Program-made: the position numbers and the translations under genes
Notes under the pieces: generated by a model
What the model saw: the letters and a program-made list of their open reading frames with translations, nothing else
Databases searched by the model: none
Told to the model about the DNA's origin: nothing
Origin: Actinomycetota bacterium
GTDB taxonomy: Bacteria > Actinomycetota > Acidimicrobiia > Spongiisociales > UBA4744
Assembly: GCA_013152275.1 (NCBI GenBank)
Contig: JAADGS010000026.1
Span: 62,001 to 126,000 of the forward strand
Length of the DNA: 64,000 nt
Direction of reading: 5' to 3'
Part shown: positions 57,002-64,000 of the stretch, in pieces
Layout: the number at the start of each line of letters is the position of its first letter
Position numbering within the stretch: position 1 is the stretch's first letter

Positions 57002-58263
57002 TGCGTACCCTGATCATCGGTGGCGGGGTGTCCGGATCCGCTGCAGCGCGGCTTGCGGCGCGGCTTGGATATCGGGTGACGGTGTACGACGCCGACCCGG
57101 CGGTTGCCCAGTCCGTGCTCGCCGAAGGGTTCGCGGCAGTTGGCGGACCGTGGAGCACAGACCTCCTGATCGGCATGGAATTGGCCGTCGTCAGCCCAGG
57201 AGTCCCGGAACGCTCCGCGCCTGTCACCGACACGCTCGAGGCGGGGATACCCCTGTGGTCGGAACTCGAGTTCGCAGCCAGAAACATCGAGGCGCCGTTG
57301 GTTGCCGTCACCGGTACGAATGGCAAGACGACCGTTACGTCTCTGATTGCCGCCATGCTGCGGGCCGGCGGACTTCGAGCGATGGCAGCCGGCAACATCG
57401 GCACGGCCCTGTCCGATGTCGCCGGGGGACGGTGGGACGTCGTTGTCGTCGAGGCATCCAGCTTTCAGCTGCGTTTTGTCGAGGAGTTTCATCCACAGGT
57501 CGCCGTGGTGCTCAATCTCGCACCGGATCATCTCGACTGGCACGGTTCGCTTGCGGCCTATGGACAGGCGAAAGCACGAATCTTCGAGAATCAGACGGAG
57601 GACGACGTCCTGATCTATGACGCCGAAGACGAGGGGGCGGCACGGCTCGTCGAACCCGCCGTCGCTCGCAAGATCCCTCTCTCCTATCGTGAGGGTTTCA
57701 CCTACGGGGCACTCTCGATTCCACCGGAGCAGGTTCCGGTTCGAGATGCTGCGTTCATCACCGACCTGAAGGCTGCAGCGGTAGCTGCGCTGGAGATGGG
57801 GGCTTCGCTCGAGGCCGTGCAGGCAACCGTCCGGTCCTTCCGACCTGCTGCACACAGGCGCACCCTCGTCGGAACCTGGCACGGGGTGCAGTGGGTAGAC
57901 GACTCGAAGGCGACGAACCCGCACGCCGCCGTTGCTTCGATACGGGCGTTCCCGTCGGTGGTGCTGATCGCAGGTGGTCGCAACAAAGGGACGGACCTGT
58001 CTTCCGTCGCAGCGGTCGGGTCGATCCGACATCTCGTACTGATCGGTGAGGCAGCATCCGAGTTGGCAGAGGCCGCGGGCGATACCCCGTGGACGGCTGC
58101 GTCCACCATGGAGGAGGCGGTCGCGATGGCGGATGCCGTGTCCGAGACCGGTGACACGGTGCTGCTCGCACCGGCCTGTGCGAGTTTTGACATGTTCTCG
58201 TCGTATCGGGCACGTGGCGACGCATTCGTGAAAGCAGTTCGCGACCTGAAAGAGCGACGATGA
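57001..58263 (+). CDS. murD: UDP-MurNAc-Ala:D-Glu ligase
   Basis: SPGVP, TGTNGKTT, EASSFQL, DDSKATN, APACASFDMF. Confidence 0.96.
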   Translation: MRTLIIGGGVSGSAAARLAARLGYRVTVYDADPAVAQSVLAEGFAAVGGPWSTDLLIGMELAVVSPGVPERSAPVTDTLEAGIPLWSELEFAARNIEAPLVAVTGTNGKTTVTSLIAAMLRAGGLRAMAAGNIGTALSDVAGGRWDVVVVEASSFQLRFVEEFHPQVAVVLNLAPDHLDWHGSLAAYGQAKARIFENQTEDDVLIYDAEDEGAARLVEPAVARKIPLSYREGFTYGALSIPPEQVPVRDAAFITDLKAAAVAALEMGASLEAVQATVRSFRPAAHRRTLVGTWHGVQWVDDSKATNPHAAVASIRAFPSVVLIAGGRNKGTDLSSVAAVGSIRHLVLIGEAASELAEAAGDTPWTAASTMEEAVAMADAVSETGDTVLLAPACASFDMFSSYRARGDAFVKAVRDLKERR

Positions 58264-59423
58264 GCACAGGAGTCACTTCGATCACCCGTGCCAGGACCGC
58301 CCGGCGCAAGGTTACCCGGCGACGCTCCGCCAACGCGCGGTACGCAGTCCTCCTGCTGGTTCCCGTCGCGCTACTCACCGTGATCGGTCTCGGCGCGATC
58401 AGGTCGGCATCATCGGTGGTCGGGATCGAGTTGTACGGCGACGGCTGGATCTACTTCAAGAAGCAGGCGCTCTGGATTGGGGTCGGAGTGGTTGTGGCGA
58501 TCATTGCTGCGAGAGTTCCCTATCGCGTCTACCGAAAGGCTGCGGGCCCACTCCTCGTCGTGGCAATTGCGGGTCTTGTCGCCGTGCTGCAGTTCGGCGT
58601 TGTGGCCGGAGGCTCGAGGCGGTGGATCGAGATCGGCTCGCTGACGATCCAGCCATCGGAGTTCGCGAAGTTCGCCGTTGTCGTCTACCTCGCGGCTGCT
58701 CTGGAGAGAAAGGAGCGCCTGCTCGGTGACATGTGGCACCTCGCGGTGCCGCTGGGAGTGTCCGGGGGTGTTGCCGTGCTCCTGATTCTCCTGGAGCCGG
58801 ATCTGGGTACGGCGATGGTGATCTTCGGCGCAGCGTTCGCCGTCTCCGCCGTGTCGGCGGCACGACTTCGCCACCTTGCGGTGACGGCATTCGGTGGATC
58901 CGCGGTCGCATTCCTCCTCGCAATGGTGTCCCCGTACCGGCGCGCACGACTCACGTCGTTTCTTCATCCGTTCGCCGATCCGCTCGGTAGCGGCTGGCAA
59001 GTCGTCCAGAGTTACGTTGCCCTCGGAACCGGGGGAGCGTTCGGCGTTGGGCTCGGTGCCAGTCGCGCCCGATGGTCGTTCCTCCCCAACGCCCACACCG
59101 ACTTCATCTTCGCCATTATCGGTGAGGAGACCGGATTCGCAGGAGCGGTGACGGTGCTCGCGATGTTCGCCCTGATCGGCGTCGTTGGTTACCTCATTGC
59201 GATGCGTGCACCCGACCATTTCGGCCGCATGCTCGCAGTTGGGATCGTCTCCTGGCTCTCGCTCCAGGCCCTCGTCAACTTGGGGGGTGTCGTCGGCCTC
59301 CTTCCGATCACCGGAATGCCGCTGCCGTTCATGTCCGTCGGGGGGAGTTCTCTCGTCACGGCTTTCGGCGCGATCGGCGTGCTTGTCAACATCGCACGGA
59401 ACGGGACGAATCCAACCGCATGA
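58260..59423 (+). CDS. ftsW: SEDS glycosyltransferase FtsW
   Basis: IQPSEFAK, EPDLGT, LPNAHTDFIFAIIGEE, PITGMPLPF. Confidence 0.96.
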   Translation: MSTGVTSITRARTARRKVTRRRSANARYAVLLLVPVALLTVIGLGAIRSASSVVGIELYGDGWIYFKKQALWIGVGVVVAIIAARVPYRVYRKAAGPLLVVAIAGLVAVLQFGVVAGGSRRWIEIGSLTIQPSEFAKFAVVVYLAAALERKERLLGDMWHLAVPLGVSGGVAVLLILLEPDLGTAMVIFGAAFAVSAVSAARLRHLAVTAFGGSAVAFLLAMVSPYRRARLTSFLHPFADPLGSGWQVVQSYVALGTGGAFGVGLGASRARWSFLPNAHTDFIFAIIGEETGFAGAVTVLAMFALIGVVGYLIAMRAPDHFGRMLAVGIVSWLSLQALVNLGGVVGLLPITGMPLPFMSVGGSSLVTAFGAIGVLVNIARNGTNPTA

Positions 59424-60490
59424 GCTATGCCATCGCCGCAGCGGGTACCGGGGGGCACGTCTACCCGGGCCTTGCCATCGCCGAAGAACTGGAACGTCAC
59501 GGAGTGGCCAAACGGGACGTTCTGTTCGTCGGAGGAGATCGATTGGAGGCACAGGTCTATCCGGAAGCGGGTTTTCCGTTTCTCGCTCTCCGGCTACAGG
59601 GCCTGAGGCGAAGTCTGGCGATCGACAACCTCAAGCTCCCCTTCGTGGTGCGCACGGCATCTCGACGAGCACGAAGTGAGTTCGAGTCACGAGGAGTGAA
59701 GGTGGTCCTCGGCATGGGCAGCTACGTGACCGTACCGGTCGGATGGGCCGCGCACCGGATGGGGATACCCCTGTACCTGCACGAGCAGAACGGGGCAGCC
59801 GGAGTAGCGAACAGGATCATGTCCCGGTGGGCCCAAACGACGTTCGTATCCTTCGATGGGACCAAAGGTGTTCGCCATCCCGAAACGGTCGGCACACCGA
59901 TACGGCGAAACTTCTTGACGAGTCGCTCCGATCTGCGCCACGTCGCCCTGGCGCGCTACGGTCTCGATTTGGGCACGGTGGTCGTCGGGGTGTTCGGAGG
60001 CAGTCTCGGGGCAGGGGTTCTCAACGCTGCGATCGGGGACCTTGCGCGCCATTGGGACGGTCCTCCGATCTCGCTGCTTCATCTCGTCGGTACGCGGAAT
60101 GTGGATGCTGTCGATACGGCCGGAGCGCGCATACCTTGGATCGTCGTGGGCTATGAAGATGCAATGGAGTACTTCTACGCGGCGAGCGATCTCGTCGTAT
60201 CTCGCGCCGGAGGGGTTGCCGTCGCCGAGATTGCGGTAACGCACACTCCTTCCATTCTCGTGCCCGGAGGCTTCGGCGGCGGACACCAAGCGTCGAATGC
60301 CGCCGCGATGGAGCGTGCCGGAGCCGCGGTGCACCTCGCCGAGGAGGACATCTCCAGTCTCCGAACTATTGTGAGAACGCTCGTGGAAGACCCAGGGAAA
60401 CGCAGGAAGATGGCCGAAGCGGCGATCTCGATGGCCCGCGTCGATGCCGCCGAACGGATTGCCGCCACACTCGTGTCTGCCCATGGCTGA
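59420..60490 (+). CDS. murG: Lipid II GlcNAc transferase
   Basis: GTGGHVYPG, HEQN, GGSLGA, SRAGG. Confidence 0.95.
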   Translation: MSYAIAAAGTGGHVYPGLAIAEELERHGVAKRDVLFVGGDRLEAQVYPEAGFPFLALRLQGLRRSLAIDNLKLPFVVRTASRRARSEFESRGVKVVLGMGSYVTVPVGWAAHRMGIPLYLHEQNGAAGVANRIMSRWAQTTFVSFDGTKGVRHPETVGTPIRRNFLTSRSDLRHVALARYGLDLGTVVVGVFGGSLGAGVLNAAIGDLARHWDGPPISLLHLVGTRNVDAVDTAGARIPWIVVGYEDAMEYFYAASDLVVSRAGGVAVAEIAVTHTPSILVPGGFGGGHQASNAAAMERAGAAVHLAEEDISSLRTIVRTLVEDPGKRRKMAEAAISMARVDAAERIAATLVSAHG

Positions 60491-61829
60491 ACTTGCCGAA
60501 CGCGTCCACATCGTTGGAGTTGGAGGCTCCGGGATGAGCGCGCTGGCGAAGCTGCTGTCGGGACTCGGTCATCGGGTGAGCGGCTCGGATATCCGTCCGA
60601 GCATCGCGCTCGAGCGCCTGTCGGATCTTGGAATCGAGACATGGGCAGGCAGCAGTCCGGACGCGATGGCAGACGCCGGGCTCGTGGTCGCCTCCTCCGC
60701 CATTCCTGACTCGGACCCGGAGCTTCGTGCCGCAGTCGCCGCGGGAATTGCAGTCTGGGACCGTCCACGGCTTCTCGAGGCGTTGACCTCCCACATGCCT
60801 GCCGTAGGAGCCACCGGAACCCACGGAAAGACAACCTCGAGTGCCCTGTTGGTTGCTGCAGCGAGAGGCGCAGGCCTCGAACCTTCCTTCGTGGTTGGCG
60901 GCGAACTCATCGGGCTGGGAACCAATGCCGCCGTCGGGACCGATGATCTGTTCATTCTCGAAGCCGACGAGGCCTTTGGCACGTTCCTCTCGGTGCATCT
61001 GCGTGCGCTCATGGTGACCAATGTCGAAGCAGAGCACCTCGACTACTACGGATCGATGGATGCGCTCGAGGACGCGTTCGTGGAAGTGGTCCGCAAGGTG
61101 GACGGCCCGGTCGTGATCTGTGCGGACGATCCGGGATCTCAAAGGGTCGCACAGCGCAGCAACCGGCCCACGTACGGGCTCAGTGATGATGCGCGTTGGA
61201 GGATCCGAGACCTCACTCTCGCCAGCGATGCGGTGCATTTCACGTTCATGCACACTGCCGTGACGGTCCCCAGGCCGGGTCTACATATCGCTCGCAATGC
61301 GGCAGGCGTCCTCGCTTTGGCCGCCGAACTGGGTTTCGATGTCGAAGGGGCTGCGGCCGGCATCCAGCAGTTCCGTGGAGTGCGACGCCGATTCGAACTC
61401 CGTGGCCGCGTGGCCGGGGTGACAATCATCGATGACTACGCTCATCATCCGACGGAGATCGCAGCAACCATCGAGGCGGCGACTCGCGGCGAATGGCGTC
61501 GTGTCTGGGCCGTTTTCCAGCCGCACCGCTACACCAGAACCAAGGAGCTCCACCGCGAGTTCGGCGCAGCGTTCTCTGCTGCCGATGAGGTCGTCGTCAC
61601 CGATATCTACGCCGCGGGAGAAACGCCGGTGCCGGGTGTGACGGGGGAGTTGGTCGCCGACGCGGCGCGGGCGCGTACCAACAGTCATGTCACCTATGTC
61701 CCACACAGGGTGGACCTTGGTGACTTCCTCGCCGGGAAGGTCCAGGCCGGTGATCTCGTGCTCACCCTCGGCGCGGGCGACATCACCCTGTTGGGCTCCG
61801 AGTTGGTGAAACTGTTGGAGGAAGGATGA
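60483..61829 (+). CDS. murC: UDP-MurNAc:L-Ala ligase
   Basis: GVGGSGMSALA, GTHGKTTS, EADE, DDYAHHPTEI, FQPHRYTRT. Confidence 0.96.
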   Translation: MAELAERVHIVGVGGSGMSALAKLLSGLGHRVSGSDIRPSIALERLSDLGIETWAGSSPDAMADAGLVVASSAIPDSDPELRAAVAAGIAVWDRPRLLEALTSHMPAVGATGTHGKTTSSALLVAAARGAGLEPSFVVGGELIGLGTNAAVGTDDLFILEADEAFGTFLSVHLRALMVTNVEAEHLDYYGSMDALEDAFVEVVRKVDGPVVICADDPGSQRVAQRSNRPTYGLSDDARWRIRDLTLASDAVHFTFMHTAVTVPRPGLHIARNAAGVLALAAELGFDVEGAAAGIQQFRGVRRRFELRGRVAGVTIIDDYAHHPTEIAATIEAATRGEWRRVWAVFQPHRYTRTKELHREFGAAFSAADEVVVTDIYAAGETPVPGVTGELVADAARARTNSHVTYVPHRVDLGDFLAGKVQAGDLVLTLGAGDITLLGSELVKLLEEG

Positions 61830-62728
61830 GTGTGTGGGACTCACTGGTCGCCGAGGGATTCCTCGACCGTGATGTTCCGCTCGGACCGCTGACCACATAC
61901 AAGCTCGGCGGGCCGGCCCGCTACCTGGTCACGGTCGAGGGAGAGGATGCACTCGAGCGAATTGCCCGGCATCTCGCAGAAGAACCGATCGAGGTGGTGG
62001 TGTTCGGGCGCGGGAGCAACATCCTCGTCTCGGACGAAGGTTTCGACGGCCTCGTCGTGCGCCTCGGAGCCGGGTTCTCCTGGGTGCGCATCGGAGACAC
62101 GGTCTCGGCAGGCGCTGCGACCTCGCTGCCGCTCCTGGCGAGGACGGCGGTGAAGGCCGGTCGGAGCGGCCTCGAGTTCTTCGTGGGCATTCCGGGATCG
62201 GTGGGGGGTGCGGTGAGGATGAATGCCGGCTGTCATGGTTCCGAGACGCGCGACCATCTCGTGTCGGCGATGGTGATCGACCTCGCACGTGGGACGTCGA
62301 ATCGACTTGGCCCCTCGGATCTGAATCTGTCCTACCGTCATTCACGCCTCGGACCGCTCGACGTCGTGACGAGCGCCGAGTTTTCGACCGAGCCGGGGGA
62401 GCGCGCAGCGAGCGAGAAGCTGATTCGTGACATCATCCGATGGAGAAAGGAGCACCAGCCGGGAGGAGTTCTCAACGCTGGGAGCGTGTTCAAGAATCCA
62501 CCCGGAGATAGCGCAGGACGGTTGATCGACGAAGCCGGCCTGAAGGGTCTCACCGTCGGCGGAGCGCGGGTGTCGATGATGCATGGCAATTTCATCGAGG
62601 CGGGACCGGAGGCGACTGCGGCGAATGTATATGCGCTCATACGCGGCGTTCAACATCGGCTACAGGAGATGGGTGTTGCTCTGGAGCCGGAAGTTCGGCT
62701 GGTGGGCCGGTTCGGGGACGATGCATGA
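61826..62728 (+). CDS. murB: UDP-GlcNAc-enolpyruvate reductase
   Basis: GRGSNILV, GIPGSVGGAVRMNAG, AGSVFKNP, LEPEV. Confidence 0.96.
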   Translation: MSVWDSLVAEGFLDRDVPLGPLTTYKLGGPARYLVTVEGEDALERIARHLAEEPIEVVVFGRGSNILVSDEGFDGLVVRLGAGFSWVRIGDTVSAGAATSLPLLARTAVKAGRSGLEFFVGIPGSVGGAVRMNAGCHGSETRDHLVSAMVIDLARGTSNRLGPSDLNLSYRHSRLGPLDVVTSAEFSTEPGERAASEKLIRDIIRWRKEHQPGGVLNAGSVFKNPPGDSAGRLIDEAGLKGLTVGGARVSMMHGNFIEAGPEATAANVYALIRGVQHRLQEMGVALEPEVRLVGRFGDDA

Positions 62729-63474
62729 GCATCGAGCCGCGTCTGGAGCGTCGGCGTCGCCAAGTGAGAGAGACGGCGGCTCGCAGGCGGCTGAGGACGG
62801 TCCTGTGGATGATGGCGCTGGCGAGCCTGCTTGGTGTCGGGGCATGGTTCATTCAATCGCCGGGGCTGGCCGTGCAGGAGATTGGTTTGTACGGGGTGGA
62901 GCATTCCGATGCTGCAACGATCATCGAGGATGCAGGTGTTCGCGTGGACGTACCGATGTTGAGTGTGCGGCCTCGCACCGTCGAAAGACTGCTCGAGCAA
63001 GACCCTTGGATCTCCGGGGCCAAGGTCAGCCGAACGTTCCCTCATACCGTGGAGATCCAAATACGTGAGCGAACGGTGGCAGCAGGTCTGCAACGGGCAA
63101 ACGGATGGTTGCTGATCGCTGCGGACGGCATGCTCCTGGGCCCGTCCGATCATGTTCCGGAGGATGCGGCGCTGCTTCTGTTTGGCGACATCGATCCCGG
63201 AGCACCCGGCGAACTTGCAGGTCGGGGACTGGTCGGCGGTGCGGTCGAATTCGTGGCGGCTCTCCCGGCGGCGATGCGTTCGGGGACCGTGATGGATGTC
63301 CGCGACGGCGAGCTGTGGTCACGTACCGCCGCGGTGTACGTCCGGTTGGGAGCACCCGCCGACATGGCGGCCAAAGCCGCCGCACTCGAAGCGGTGCTGG
63401 CCGATGGAGTGCCGGAGGGGTCTGTGATCAACTTGATTGCGCCATCCCGTCCGGCAGTAGAAGGCTCTAGTTGA
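62725..63474 (+). CDS. ftsQ: Cell division protein FtsQ/DivIB
   Basis: Basic N-terminus, TM, POTRA-like region (PWI..AKVSRTFPHTVEIQIRER). Confidence 0.88.
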   Translation: MSIEPRLERRRRQVRETAARRRLRTVLWMMALASLLGVGAWFIQSPGLAVQEIGLYGVEHSDAATIIEDAGVRVDVPMLSVRPRTVERLLEQDPWISGAKVSRTFPHTVEIQIRERTVAAGLQRANGWLLIAADGMLLGPSDHVPEDAALLLFGDIDPGAPGELAGRGLVGGAVEFVAALPAAMRSGTVMDVRDGELWSRTAAVYVRLGAPADMAAKAAALEAVLADGVPEGSVINLIAPSRPAVEGSS

Positions 63475-63549
63475 GGGTGAGGGGTTTTGGCTTTACATGA
63501 AGGTACAGTGACCTAAAGTTGTGGTGGAGATTCAAGTGAGGAAGTTGCT

Positions 63550-64000
63550 ATGAGTGGGCCCGCAAAGAAGAGTACATCTCCACAAAGCTACCTGGCCGTC
63601 ATCAAGGTCGTAGGAGTTGGAGGCGGCGGCGTCAACGCCGTCAACCGTATGGTGGATGCGGGCGTTCGGGGTGTGGAGTTCATCGCGGTGAATACGGACG
63701 CGCAGACTCTGCTCATGTCGGATGCAGACGTCAAACTCGACCTTGGGCGGGATATCACGCGCGGCCTCGGGGCCGGAGCAGATCCCGACGTTGGCAGATC
63801 TGCCGCGGAGAGCCATCGAGAGGAGATCGAGGAGATCCTCAAAGGGGCCGACATGGTCTTTGTCACGGCCGGTGAAGGTGGTGGAACCGGCACGGGAGCG
63901 GCTCCCATCGTGGCCGAGATCTCGAAGGAGATCGGAGCGCTGACCGTCGGTGTGGTCACGAGACCTTTCGGATTCGAAGGCCGGCGCAGATCGGTGCAGG
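63550..64000 (+). CDS. ftsZ: Cell division protein FtsZ (partial, runs off the window)
   Basis: Manual translation: [44 protein letters not shown]. Confidence 0.97.
   Translation, partial: MSGPAKKSTSPQSYLAVIKVVGVGGGGVNAVNRMVDAGVRGVEFIAVNTDAQTLLMSDADVKLDLGRDITRGLGAGADPDVGRSAAESHREEIEEILKGADMVFVTAGEGGGTGTGAAPIVAEISKEIGALTVGVVTRPFGFEGRRRSVQ

Noticed and set aside
1..64000. tRNA, rRNA, prophage or defence genes
   Set aside because: None recognised by eye in intergenic regions or ORFs. tRNAscan-SE, Infernal and DefenseFinder runs would be needed to confirm.

Overview
High-GC window of an actinobacterial core chromosome, most likely class Acidimicrobiia. This placement is inferred from gene content and order: a dcw cluster without ftsA, a GAAC-N4-GTTC LexA box, MoxR-DUF58-transglutaminase next to mraZ, and queG. 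It holds about 60 CDS. These include a lipid acyltransferase, an ILVBL-like TPP enzyme, a Cdc48-like double AAA ATPase, an SOS-regulated DEDD/GIY-YIG nuclease, pntA1-A2-B, an orphan ATP-grasp protein with an ABC-2 exporter, tricorn protease, a NYN protein, queG, a SRPBCC-ArsA-ROK block, glgP, ltaE, a FAS II cluster (fabD-H-G-acpP-fabF), and the dcw cluster from mraZ to a partial ftsZ, lacking murF. No rRNA, tRNA, CRISPR array or intact mobile element was seen. The least explained signals are: (1) a dispersed intergenic element with a ~36-nt conserved head (CCCGCCCCRCGGTCYTGCA...GGTCGCGA) followed by a degenerate 7-nt-periodic tail, found as 5 clear and 4 partial copies; (2) an intact ORF for a serine-recombinase catalytic domain that has lost its catalytic motifs; (3) a dinB gene collapsed by an internal deletion; (4) a perfect 24-bp GTAG-containing hairpin; (5) an uncharacterised lipoprotein paired with a two-repeat secreted protein. 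All family assignments come from motif recognition by eye; no database search was run.
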